64,000 bases of DNA from Candidatus Falkowbacteria bacterium (GCA_018651725.1 JABIDK010000002.1:36904-100903), one strand, 5' to 3'; numbered from the stretch's first letter, positions 9,342 to 20,526 are shown. The notes: generated from the sequence alone by a model not told the origin. Translations and numbers: made by a program.

Positions 9342-11312
9342 TTATTTGATAGCACCTTCTGTTAAAAGATCTTCTTTAATACAAAAATCGCTTTCTTGGA
9401 TTGCATTTTTTAAGTTGGCTATGTATTCTTGCTTTGTTTTTGAGTCCAAATTAATGTTTCGTGAGGAAACATTATAAACATCGGTTTTTACGCTTCCTTG
9501 GATTACGACATCTTTATCTATGTAATCTATTCTTGATAGACATTTTCCCAAAACATTGTCCGGATGATTATCAGAAAATAAACTTTCACCAACAAAGTGT
9601 CTTGGTTTTTCCAATCCTATTAAGTCTAAAATAGTTGGAGAGATGTCAACGTGGGAGGCAATTGAGTTGATTTCATCTTTATATCCATCCGGGGTGTAGA
9701 TAAAAAATGGTAATTGATTATAGTTTAAAAAATTATTCATAACATTATCGGAATAAAAATTATAGTAACGATGATCAGTATAAACAACTACAATAGTGTT
9801 TTGATCTAAATTATTATTTTTTAATTCATCAAAAAGTACCTTTAAACTTTCATCAATATATTCAATAAATCCGATATAGATTCTAAGTGTATCTTCTTCT
9901 ACCTCTATTGTATTTAATATATCATCAGGGATTTTTCCTCTATACTTATTGATTTCTACGCCAAAGGCATCTTTGTAATAGTCCAACATCTCCTGATTGT
10001 GTGGGGAATGAGCTGTAAAACCAACCACATAAGAGACAAAAGGCTGTTTATTCTCTTGAACAAGCTTGTTTATCATCTTTTTTAAAACAAACGCATCCGG
10101 CTCTTTTTGACCAAAATAATCATTAAAATAAAGCTCTTGAAACCCCCATTTTTTAGCCAAAATATTCCGATCGTAAAACTCAGGGATCCCAGCATGAAAT
10201 AAAGCCGTATTATAGCCTAACTTCTCCCTTAATAGCTGAGGCAAGCAATAATAATCGTTATTTTTATAAGAATAATTAACCGGTGCCTCAGAATCGGGCA
10301 AAGCACTGCACAAAGCGGAAAACTCCGCGTTTATGGTTTCGCAACTATTGCCATAAAACTCTTTAACAGAGATATTATTGTTTTTCAGCTCAGTAAAATA
10401 AGGCAGAGGGTTAGGGTCCAGCCTAAAAACCCACTCCGGCACAGATTCCAGTTGATAAAAGATAATATTTGGTTTGTCTAATTTCCGTGGAGTTGTCTTG
10501 GGTAAGATATTTTCATTCTTTCCTATCTTGCCTAGTAAATAATTTATTTTTTCTCCAAACACAAGCGCTTTATATTCCTGACTTTTGTCGATCATTGCAT
10601 TTGTCTTACTAACAATAAAAGCATCGTACAAACCACCCCATAAAAAACCGCTTACTCCTAAATCACTTAAATAAGCCTTATGGCTCCACCAAGAATCTTT
10701 TGGATTATTCTTTGTGTAAAAAGTTGTCCCAAAAATTAACAAACTAAAAATTATAAGAATAAACCACATTCTCACCCTAAGTGAACGTAGTCGTGTTAAA
10801 CCACGAAATTCCTTTACTTTTCTCTTGCTTAGTGAGACGAGATTCGCTTGGAATGACAATTCCGGTTGTGATGCTAAAAAAATAATATCTTTATGAATCT
10901 TAACAAATAAATAGCTTGTTATTACAACGATTGACAAACTCGCTGTATACAGCCAAAGTGGGACTAAATATAAAAAATCAGTTAAAAAACTGATTAAAGC
11001 AAAATTTACACCCTTTGCTTGAGAAAAAGTTAGGGGTAAAAAAGTATCAAAAACTTGATAATAAGCAAAATTTATAAGCGCATAAAAGTAAAAAATAGAA
11101 TTTAAAAAAATAAAAAAACTAAGTAAATATTTATTTTTAGGAGTTACTGTCAAAACAACTAAAAATAAACTAACAGATAAAAATAAAAAAACACTACTAA
11201 GAGTAGTAAAATTTAGTCCAAGTAATTTAAAATAATAAAAAAAATACAAAAAAACACTTAACAGTAAAATCAAGTATATCGTAAACATTCTTTTTTTTAT
11301 AAAAAGATACAT
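9342..11312 (-). CDS. LTA synthase (LtaS)/sulfatase-family membrane protein
   Basis: About 5 N-terminal TMs; QLES, ETINAE (Thr nucleophile), HSPH, DH and SHVDISPTILDL motifs. Confidence 0.8.
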   Translation of the reverse strand: MYLFIKKRMFTIYLILLLSVFLYFFYYFKLLGLNFTTLSSVFLFLSVSLFLVVLTVTPKNKYLLSFFIFLNSIFYFYALINFAYYQVFDTFLPLTFSQAKGVNFALISFLTDFLYLVPLWLYTASLSIVVITSYLFVKIHKDIIFLASQPELSFQANLVSLSKRKVKEFRGLTRLRSLRVRMWFILIIFSLLIFGTTFYTKNNPKDSWWSHKAYLSDLGVSGFLWGGLYDAFIVSKTNAMIDKSQEYKALVFGEKINYLLGKIGKNENILPKTTPRKLDKPNIIFYQLESVPEWVFRLDPNPLPYFTELKNNNISVKEFYGNSCETINAEFSALCSALPDSEAPVNYSYKNNDYYCLPQLLREKLGYNTALFHAGIPEFYDRNILAKKWGFQELYFNDYFGQKEPDAFVLKKMINKLVQENKQPFVSYVVGFTAHSPHNQEMLDYYKDAFGVEINKYRGKIPDDILNTIEVEEDTLRIYIGFIEYIDESLKVLFDELKNNNLDQNTIVVVYTDHRYYNFYSDNVMNNFLNYNQLPFFIYTPDGYKDEINSIASHVDISPTILDLIGLEKPRHFVGESLFSDNHPDNVLGKCLSRIDYIDKDVVIQGSVKTDVYNVSSRNINLDSKTKQEYIANLKNAIQESDFCIKEDLLTEGAIK

Positions 11313-11316
11313 GGAC

Positions 11317-11856
11317 TTATTTAACTTTCGATCTCAGAGCCTCCATTGCCCTGTGCAAAAGTACCCTGGTTGCTCCTTTGCTTCGTCCCATTACTTCGGC
11401 TATTTCTTTAGTTGAGTATTCCTCTACAAAACGAAGTAAAATTACCTCTTTGTATTCTTCTTTTATGCTATCAAGTTTTTCAATTATTTCTTTGACCTGG
11501 GCTTTAGTGTCTATTTTTTCAATCAAATTATCGGCCTTTAAATTATCTATGATATTATGATCTTCCAAGTCAACAGTTTCTTTGCCGTAATTTTTGCGAT
11601 AAAAATCAATAACTGCGTTCCTGGAAACTCTATATAAAAACGCTTTTATATTCTCTATTTCCACACCATCTCGAGCATACTGCCAAACACGCAAAAAAAC
11701 CTCGGAGGTTAAATCTTCAGCCTCTTGAACCCGAGACACCTTAAAGTAGATAAAACGATAAATCTTATCCACATACAAATCATAAAACTCGCCAAAAGCT
11801 TCTTTATCCCCTGCTTTAATCTTTGTTATTAATATTTTTTCTCTTATTTTACCCAT
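11317..11856 (-). CDS. ECF RNA polymerase sigma factor (sigma-70 family)
   Basis: AEDLTSEVF, LYRVSRNAVIDFYR and region-4 STKEIAEVMG motifs; start taken at the ATG of MGKIR. Confidence 0.9.
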   Translation of the reverse strand: MGKIREKILITKIKAGDKEAFGEFYDLYVDKIYRFIYFKVSRVQEAEDLTSEVFLRVWQYARDGVEIENIKAFLYRVSRNAVIDFYRKNYGKETVDLEDHNIIDNLKADNLIEKIDTKAQVKEIIEKLDSIKEEYKEVILLRFVEEYSTKEIAEVMGRSKGATRVLLHRAMEALRSKVK

Positions 11857-11929
11857 AAAACCCAAAACAACGAGATTTTCTCATCTCTTTATATTAAATA
11901 TAATAACAAAAATTTTATAAAAAAGCAAT

Positions 11930-11958
11930 AAAAAAACGACATGCTTCGAACATGCCGT
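11930..11958 (-). terminator. Intrinsic terminator
   Basis: Minus strand ACGGCATG-ttcgaag-CATGTCGT followed by a T tract. Confidence 0.65.
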
Positions 11959-11982
11959 TGTAGCCTTTTCTGTTTGGCTATT

Positions 11983-12276
11983 TTAATATCTGCCAAGAAG
12001 GTACGCTCTAAATACTGAATCTTTTAGTTGATATTTTAACCATATTTTTTTAAACCTATACTTATCTATACCTGTCTTAGACAATTCTTTGTCTATATAA
12101 CTAAGTATTTTTCTTACATTCTTTTTTATTTTTTTGGCATCAAAGTCGCATCGCTCGTTGTCGAGTTCCATCTGAATTGCTGTTTTTACTTTTTTAAAAA
12201 CCTCATCAACAAACGATATTTTAAACTCTGCTAATACATCTTTTAAAACTGCTTCATCAACTTTAAAATTAGCCAT
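11983..12276 (-). CDS. Hypothetical protein
   Basis: 97-aa ORF with AGGAG SD and a downstream terminator; no recognised motif. Confidence 0.6.
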   Translation of the reverse strand: MANFKVDEAVLKDVLAEFKISFVDEVFKKVKTAIQMELDNERCDFDAKKIKKNVRKILSYIDKELSKTGIDKYRFKKIWLKYQLKDSVFRAYLLGRY

Positions 12277-12291
12277 TTTTTTCTCCTAAAT

Positions 12292-12993
12292 TTAAGGTTC
12301 GAGTTTATGTTTATTTTTTATTATCTCCACTGCTTTTTTATATTTTTTTACTTTTGGTAAGAAAGGTAATAATTTGTAGGCAAAACTCGGAATCCAGGCA
12401 CTCATTGTTCCGCCTGCTGATACTTGGAATAAAACTTCTGGAATCCAAATCCCAGTGTGCCCTTTTTCAAGCATTGTCAGCCATAAGTCCCAATCTTGAA
12501 GGCGTTTTATATTTTCATCAAATCCGGGAAAATGCTCGCGTCTAATTAACGACGAAGTATGAATATACGGCATTTCACGCAATTTTTCTGCATTAAATTT
12601 CCATAATTTAAAAGTCTTAAAACCAAATTTATGAGCCGAATAAACATAAGATCTATCAAGATTTTCCTTCAAAACATTCAACATCTTCTCCAACATATCC
12701 GGCTTCATCATAATATCAGCATCTAAAAAAATAACATACTTCCCTTTAGAATTAAAAAAACCACGGTTTCGCGCGGCCTGAGGTCCTTGATTCTCCTGAT
12801 GAATAACCAAAAAATCTATATTTTTTTCTTGAAATTTTACTTCATACTCATCCAAAACAATATTCAAATCATCCGTTGACTCATCATCAACCACAACAAC
12901 CTCAAAGCCCAAAAAACTCTGCTCCAAAATACTATCCAAACATTTTCTAATTTTCCCAGCCTGATTCCAAACCGGAATAATTATTGAGATCAT
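12292..12993 (-). CDS. Glycosyltransferase family 2
   Basis: MISIIIPVWN, VVDDES, FLDAD and QDWDLW motifs; start moved to the ATG at 12993. Confidence 0.9.
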   Translation of the reverse strand: MISIIIPVWNQAGKIRKCLDSILEQSFLGFEVVVVDDESTDDLNIVLDEYEVKFQEKNIDFLVIHQENQGPQAARNRGFFNSKGKYVIFLDADIMMKPDMLEKMLNVLKENLDRSYVYSAHKFGFKTFKLWKFNAEKLREMPYIHTSSLIRREHFPGFDENIKRLQDWDLWLTMLEKGHTGIWIPEVLFQVSAGGTMSAWIPSFAYKLLPFLPKVKKYKKAVEIIKNKHKLEP

Positions 12994-13009
12994 ATAAAAA
13001 ATTATTAAA

Positions 13010-13426
13010 TTACAATCTCTTTCTTCTCCGTACAACCTTCAATCGTGCTAATTCTTTTTCGATTTGAGCTGATAAAGCGGCGAACTCTCTAGCGTCTCCT
13101 GATTTTTTCTTTCGTAGTTCTTCGGCTCTTTTTCTGGCTTCTTCGGCTCGCTTTTCGTCGATTTCTTCGGCTCGTTCGGCTGTGTCTGCTAAAATTACGA
13201 TTTTATCAACAAGAACCTCCACAAATCCTCCGGAAACTGCCATAGTTACTTCTTCTTTTCCTTTTTTAGTAATAATTTCTCCTGGAACCAAAACAGAGAC
13301 CAAGGGAATATGGCCCGGCAAAACCGTAATTTGCCCATCCTGAGTTGGGATGGTTATTTGGTCTATCTCATCCTTAAGAACAGTCTTCTCAGGAGTAACT
13401 ATTTCAAAATTGATTTTATCAGACAT
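13010..13426 (-). CDS. atpC: ATP synthase F1 epsilon subunit
   Basis: EIVTPE, LPGHIPL and VSGGFVEV motifs. Confidence 0.97.
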   Translation of the reverse strand: MSDKINFEIVTPEKTVLKDEIDQITIPTQDGQITVLPGHIPLVSVLVPGEIITKKGKEEVTMAVSGGFVEVLVDKIVILADTAERAEEIDEKRAEEARKRAEELRKKKSGDAREFAALSAQIEKELARLKVVRRRKRL

Positions 13427-13434
13427 AAAATTTT

Positions 13435-14826
<1,392 letters not shown>

Positions 14827-14890
14827 TTAATTTTATATTTTTAAATAAATTTTAATTTAATCAATGACTTTATGGGCTTTCGACTTTTGA

Positions 14891-15847
14891 TTACCCACTC
14901 ATCGCGGCTGCTCCGGCGGAAATCTCCGCAATCTCGTTGGTTACGCTTGCCTGGCGAGCCTTATTATAATACAAAGTCAAATCTTCGATCATCTCTCCAG
15001 CGGCGTCAGATGCATTTCTCATGTTAAGCATTCGCAAAGAGTGTTCACTGGCGTTAGCTTCAAGTAACGCCTGATAAAGCTGAATCTCAATCAATCTTGG
15101 TATCATTTGGTCCAAAACTTCTTTAGTGCTTGGCTCAAATGTATATTCAAAAGAATATTTTCCTTTTTTTAAATATTTCTCTTCTTTTTCTTTAATAAAT
15201 TCTTTAGTTAAACCGATTCTTTCATCTTTTCCCACAATTCCCAAATAATCATCTTCTGTATCTAAATCAATTGGCAAAAGTTGTTTAACACGTGGAACCT
15301 GATTCACAGAAGAGATAAAATCAGTATAAGCAACCATTATTTTATCGTACTCTCCCTTTAAAAAACTTTGAATTACCATCTTTGATAAATCACTCACCTC
15401 GTAAATTCCAGTTGCCAGATCGGGCTTTGGAAAATCAAAGACAACATTATATTTATGTCGCAAAATTATCTCTGCTCCTTTTCTTCCCATTGTAACAATA
15501 TCGGTGATCTTTTCACCACCATTATGTTTTTTAATGGAGTCAATCGCTTTATTTACCAGCTGAATGTTATATCCTCCACAAAGACCACGATTAGAACTGA
15601 TCAAAACCAATAAAATCTTTTTATATTGTTCCTTCTTCTGAAGTAACGGATGAACGCTATCACTATTTGTTTGGGACAAATTTAAAATCGTATTCCAACT
15701 CAAATTGGCGTAAGGTCTTGTTGCTATAACCATATTAACCGCTCGTCTCATCTTTGAAGCAGCCACCATCTCCATCGCTTTCGTGATTTTCTTGGTATTA
15801 CCAACGGATTTTATTCTTCGTTGTATATCCTTTGTACTAACGGGCAT
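14891..15847 (-). CDS. atpG: ATP synthase F1 gamma subunit
   Basis: KITKAMEMVAASK, RGLCGGYN and RQASVTNEI motifs. Confidence 0.98.
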   Translation of the reverse strand: MPVSTKDIQRRIKSVGNTKKITKAMEMVAASKMRRAVNMVIATRPYANLSWNTILNLSQTNSDSVHPLLQKKEQYKKILLVLISSNRGLCGGYNIQLVNKAIDSIKKHNGGEKITDIVTMGRKGAEIILRHKYNVVFDFPKPDLATGIYEVSDLSKMVIQSFLKGEYDKIMVAYTDFISSVNQVPRVKQLLPIDLDTEDDYLGIVGKDERIGLTKEFIKEKEEKYLKKGKYSFEYTFEPSTKEVLDQMIPRLIEIQLYQALLEANASEHSLRMLNMRNASDAAGEMIEDLTLYYNKARQASVTNEIAEISAGAAAMSG

Positions 15848-15853
15848 AGATAA

Positions 15854-17392
15854 TTATTTCTCTTTTTTGATTAGATAATCTAAAGTTTTTTTGTAATCTT
15901 TTATTTTTTCAGTTACTTTTTTGTTTGTCTCTTCACTAATATCTCCTGTTTCTTTGATTGCTTTTAGTTCTTCTTTGGCTGATGTTGTTAAATATTTATG
16001 CATTGCTGTTTCAAATTCTTTTACTTTTTCAACCGGGACATCATCAAGTAATCCCTCTGAAGTGGCAAATAAAATAGCTACTTGATTTTCAACCGGCATT
16101 GAGTCGTACTGATCTTGCTTTAATACTTCGGTAATTCTTTTTCCTCTTTCCAGTTGCTTTTGAGTAGCTTCATCCAAATCTGAACCAAATTGAGCAAAAG
16201 CAGCCAACTCTCTGTATTGAGCCAAATCCAATCTTAACTTTCCGGCAACTTTTTTCATGGCTTTAATTTGAGCGGCTGAACCTACGCGAGAAACTGAAAG
16301 TCCGGCGTTAACGGCCGGTCGAATACCTTGATAGAACAAATCCGGCTCAAGATAAATTTGTCCATCGGTAATAGAAATTACATTGGTCGGAATATAGGCG
16401 GAAACATCTCCTGATTGAGTTTCAATAATTGGCAAAGCAGTTAAAGAACCACCACCAAAGTCTTTATTTAATCTGGCAGATCTTTCCAGTAATCTTGAGT
16501 GAAGATAAAAAACATCTCCAGGATAAGCTTCTCGTCCCGGTGGTCTTTTTAAAAGTAATGAAATTTCACGATAAGCAACCGCGTGTTTACTAAGATCATC
16601 ATAAACCACTAAAGAATCTTCACCTTGATCCATAAAATATTCACCAATCGCACACCCGGCGTACGGAGCAATAAAAGAAAGTGAGGCTGGATCAGATGCT
16701 CCGGCAACCACGATAATAGTGTTGTCCATGGCTCCTCTTTTTTCTATCTCTGCTACAATTCTAGCTATTTTAGATTCTTTTTGTCCGATTGCAACATAAA
16801 TCGAAACTACTCCTTCGTTTTTTTGATTGATAATCGTATCAACAGCAATAGCTGTTTTTCCGGTTTGTCTATCCCCAATAATAAGTTCTCTTTGCCCTCT
16901 ACCAATCGGAATCATAGCGTCAACCGCTTTTACTCCGGTTTGAAGAGGAGTATCAACTGACTGTCTGGTAATTACTCCGGAGGCAATCTTTTCCACAGGG
17001 TAAAATTTATCTGCCTTGATTTCTCCTTTACCATCAAGCGGTCGGCCAAGCGGATCGATCACTCTTCCAATCAAACCTTTACCAACCGGAACCTCTAAAA
17101 TCTTTCCTGTTGACTTTACCTCCATACCTTCTTTAATTCCCAAATAATCTCCTAAAATCATCGCTCCAACAGTATCTTCTTCCAAATTCAATGCTACTCC
17201 AAAAACAGATTCGCTTTTCTCAGTCGTAAATTCAAGCATCTCTGAAGACATACAATCAGACAACCCTGAAATCTTAGCAATCCCATCACCAACCTCAAGA
17301 ACAGTCCCGACTTTTTCTTTCACAGTCTCTGCTTTAAAATCCTGGATTTGTTTTTTTAACGATTCAATAATGTGATCTTTTTGACTTGACAT
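15854..17392 (-). CDS. atpA: ATP synthase F1 alpha subunit
   Basis: GDRQTGKT and [20 protein letters not shown] motifs. Confidence 0.99.
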   Translation of the reverse strand: MSSQKDHIIESLKKQIQDFKAETVKEKVGTVLEVGDGIAKISGLSDCMSSEMLEFTTEKSESVFGVALNLEEDTVGAMILGDYLGIKEGMEVKSTGKILEVPVGKGLIGRVIDPLGRPLDGKGEIKADKFYPVEKIASGVITRQSVDTPLQTGVKAVDAMIPIGRGQRELIIGDRQTGKTAIAVDTIINQKNEGVVSIYVAIGQKESKIARIVAEIEKRGAMDNTIIVVAGASDPASLSFIAPYAGCAIGEYFMDQGEDSLVVYDDLSKHAVAYREISLLLKRPPGREAYPGDVFYLHSRLLERSARLNKDFGGGSLTALPIIETQSGDVSAYIPTNVISITDGQIYLEPDLFYQGIRPAVNAGLSVSRVGSAAQIKAMKKVAGKLRLDLAQYRELAAFAQFGSDLDEATQKQLERGKRITEVLKQDQYDSMPVENQVAILFATSEGLLDDVPVEKVKEFETAMHKYLTTSAKEELKAIKETGDISEETNKKVTEKIKDYKKTLDYLIKKEK

Positions 17393-17474
17393 ATTGTTAT
17401 TTTTTTGTTAAATTATTATTTATATTAAAAATTTGTTGTTTACAATTTAATTTGGAGTTGGAGGAGGTATCCAT

Positions 17475-17669
17475 ATGAAATGCAATCTGTGCAATAAAGA
17501 AAAAAGTGAAAAAATCATTTTTTGTGGAATATGCTACGGCTGTATCAATGATTTTAAATTACGAGAACAATTAGAGCAAGAAATCAGGGAAGCTTTACCA
17601 ACAAAAGATTTACAAAAAAAATTTATACACCTTTTATTGTTAACAAAATTCCACGAAATGCTTAATTAA
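17475..17669 (+). CDS. Small putative zinc-finger protein (CxxC...CxxC)
   Basis: GGAGGAGG SD; CNLC and CGIC motifs. Confidence 0.6.
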   Translation: MKCNLCNKEKSEKIIFCGICYGCINDFKLREQLEQEIREALPTKDLQKKFIHLLLLTKFHEMLN

Positions 17670-17682
17670 AGGAGATTAAATT

Positions 17683-17970
17683 ATGGCCAGATTTGAATGT
17701 AGTAAATGTCGTGATATTACAATGCTTGTTCCAAGCCTTGATGTATGCCCTGATTGTTTTGGAGAAAATTTTGCGGAAATTGCACCGACGTTATCCACCC
17801 TACAAAAACAAAAACTAATTACGATCCTCCGCAATCAAAAGGGTATGGCTAAGTACGCCGAGGAATTGCTTACAGATTGGTGGAAAGAAGTAAATTATCA
17901 AAACTCTGAATTAGAGTTAACCGATACTCAAAGAATGGGACATGCGATGCTAAACCAGCATCGCGGTTAA
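17683..17970 (+). CDS. Small putative zinc-ribbon protein (CxxC-x12-CPxC)
   Basis: AAGGAG SD; CSKC and CPDC motifs; followed by a terminator. Confidence 0.65.
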   Translation: MARFECSKCRDITMLVPSLDVCPDCFGENFAEIAPTLSTLQKQKLITILRNQKGMAKYAEELLTDWWKEVNYQNSELELTDTQRMGHAMLNQHRG

Positions 17971-17996
17971 TTTCTCTTCAGCCAATTTTATCCCCC

Positions 17997-18030
17997 AAAG
18001 GATTTCAGGAAAACTTGAAGTCCTTTTTTT
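17997..18030 (+). terminator. Intrinsic terminator of the zinc-finger pair
   Basis: AAAGGATTTCAGG-aaaa-CTTGAAGTCCTTT followed by a T tract. Confidence 0.75.
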
Positions 18031-18430
18031 ATCGACTTAAATCTTGCTTTAAAAGAGCTAACTTTTTTTTTAAACTTCCATCAATTACTGTGTCATTATA
18101 CTTTAAAATCAATCCTCCCAGAATATCTTTTTGAACTTTATTGTTTATAATTATTTCTTTTTTATCTAACATTTTAGAGATATTTTTATTCAACAGCTCA
18201 ATAACTTCATTATCTAATTTATAAGCACTTATTACTTCAACTTTTGCTCGTCCTTCTTTTTTATCTAAAATATCGTTAAACTCATCGATGATCTTATCAA
18301 CTATTTTCAAATCGTTGTTTTTTACTAAAACTTTAATAAAATTTTTTATAATCATTTCTAAATCACCCTTATCTGAATCGATAGTCACATCGTACAAACT
18401 CAAAGCATATTGTTTAGAGGTAATTTTCAT
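18029..18430 (-). CDS. atpH: ATP synthase delta subunit (short form)
   Basis: YALSLY, ILGGLIL and IDGSLK motifs; operon position. Confidence 0.92.
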   Translation of the reverse strand: MKITSKQYALSLYDVTIDSDKGDLEMIIKNFIKVLVKNNDLKIVDKIIDEFNDILDKKEGRAKVEVISAYKLDNEVIELLNKNISKMLDKKEIIINNKVQKDILGGLILKYNDTVIDGSLKKKLALLKQDLSR

Positions 18431-18918
18431 AAATCCTTAACGGTTTTTTCAATCATCTTTTTATCTATTTTATCGTTCATTTCCTTACCAACTGTTTTTT
18501 CAATGGCAAGCATCACAACATCGGCTATTTCTTTCTTAGTGTCTTCTACGATTTTTTCTTTTTCTTGTGTAATTTGCTCTTTGGCTTTTTTAATAATTTC
18601 AGCCACTTCTTCTTTTGTCTTCTGAACTGACTCTTCTTTTTGTTTGTTTGATTGTTTTTCTGTTTCACTTAAAACAGCCATTGCCTCTTTTCTAGCCTCA
18701 GCCATTTTTTGATCATAATCTTTTTCTGCTTTTTTTAATTTTTCTTCAATTTGCTTAGCATCATCCAAACTTTTGACAATTTTATCTTGTCTTTTTTTAA
18801 GCAATTTTAAAATTGGATTATACAAAAATTTATACAACACCAAAAGCAAGATAATAAAATTAATTATCTGGGCAATAAGAAGTGTTGGATGAATTCCCAG
18901 TTTATTCAATAATTCCAT
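18427..18918 (-). CDS. atpF: ATP synthase Fo b subunit
   Basis: QIINFIILL TM followed by a coiled coil. Confidence 0.95.
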   Translation of the reverse strand: MELLNKLGIHPTLLIAQIINFIILLLVLYKFLYNPILKLLKKRQDKIVKSLDDAKQIEEKLKKAEKDYDQKMAEARKEAMAVLSETEKQSNKQKEESVQKTKEEVAEIIKKAKEQITQEKEKIVEDTKKEIADVVMLAIEKTVGKEMNDKIDKKMIEKTVKDL

Positions 18919-18927
18919 AGAAAAATA

Positions 18928-19215
<288 letters not shown>

Positions 19216-19259
19216 TTATATCAATCTAAATTAAGAATTTATTTTTAATTATAAATTTA

Positions 19260-20039
19260 TTAATGCTCGCTATGATCTATTGTCGCTGACTTTAAGAATA
19301 CGAGTGTTAACATTGAAAATACCAATGCCTGAACGAATCCAACAAACAGCTCTAAAAATAAAAACGGTAACGGTAATATATTAAAAAATACAGGTAGTAA
19401 AAATAAAGCTACTAAAAGCAAGGCCTCGCCGGCAAAAATATTTCCAAACAATCGAAAGGAAAAAGAAATAACCTTGGAAAACTCAGAGATAACCTCTAGA
19501 ATGCCAACAAAACTGCCGATAAAATAAGGTTTTTTAAAAGGACTAACAAAAAATTTAGACAAATATTTTCTTGTTCCTAAAAACGCAATACCGATAAACT
19601 GGGTAAAAAATACGCTGACAATAGCAAGCGCTAAAGTCACATTAAGGTCAGCCGCGGCTGAACGAACAAAAGGAACAACAACTTCTTTGCCATGATGAAC
19701 TTCTTTAACTCCTATTGTTCCAAGCCCTGGTACAACCTCTATCCAGTTAATTAAAATTACAAAAATAAAAATAGTCGCAACCAGCGGAAAAAACTTTTGT
19801 GTTTGCTTACGATCTCTGGTCACGCTGTCAACCATATTTAAAAGAGCTTCTAAAACTGATTCTATAACATTTTGCAAACCTTTTGGAACTATTTTAAAAC
19901 TTTTTCTTAAATACAAACTACCGACAATAACAATTAAACTGGTAATTAAAGTAATAACCGTGGTATTTGTGATTGGAAATCCGTGAATATGAAAAATCGG
20001 TTCCGGCGCGATTGAAATTACTAAATCTTGAATACCCAT
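19260..20039 (-). CDS. atpB: ATP synthase Fo a subunit
   Basis: SFRLFGNIFAGE and QALVFSML motifs; start taken at MGIQD. Confidence 0.96.
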   Translation of the reverse strand: MGIQDLVISIAPEPIFHIHGFPITNTTVITLITSLIVIVGSLYLRKSFKIVPKGLQNVIESVLEALLNMVDSVTRDRKQTQKFFPLVATIFIFVILINWIEVVPGLGTIGVKEVHHGKEVVVPFVRSAAADLNVTLALAIVSVFFTQFIGIAFLGTRKYLSKFFVSPFKKPYFIGSFVGILEVISEFSKVISFSFRLFGNIFAGEALLLVALFLLPVFFNILPLPFLFLELFVGFVQALVFSMLTLVFLKSATIDHSEH

Positions 20040-20043
20040 ATTT

Positions 20044-20430
20044 TTAGCTTTTAACTTCGTTAGCTTCACTAGCTTCACTGACTTCGTTGGCCTTTGAATT
20101 ATTTGCTTCCTCCCCATTCTCTGTAACTACCTCGTCCTTCACGGTTTCTTTGTTTTCTGAATTTTCAACAGTGGGTGTTTTTTCAAAACTACCAATTGCT
20201 TGCTTTGACTTTTTATAAACAATAAAACTGGAAAGAAAAACCGATAACACTACGGCTGATAAAAATAAAAAAGGGCTTGTTCCAAGTTTCTTATCCAAAA
20301 ATCTCCCACCCAAAGCTAAAACCACAAGCGGTATCGCAATTGAATATCCCAACTCCAAGGCAAAAGAAATCGCCAAGGGATTGTTGTCCTGTTTCTGTTG
20401 GTTAACGGATTTTTTTTCTTGTGTCTCCAT
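20044..20430 (-). CDS. atpI: AtpZ/AtpI-family protein
   Basis: GRFLDKKLGTSP motif with two TMs; first gene of the atp operon; start taken at METQEK. Confidence 0.85.
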   Translation of the reverse strand: METQEKKSVNQQKQDNNPLAISFALELGYSIAIPLVVLALGGRFLDKKLGTSPFLFLSAVVLSVFLSSFIVYKKSKQAIGSFEKTPTVENSENKETVKDEVVTENGEEANNSKANEVSEASEANEVKS

Positions 20431-20526
20431 TTTATAAAAACAAAAAACGAATATGGCCTCGACCACACTCTTTATATAAATATAATAGAAATACTTTTAA
20501 CTTTTGTCAAATTTTACGAGTGTTTT

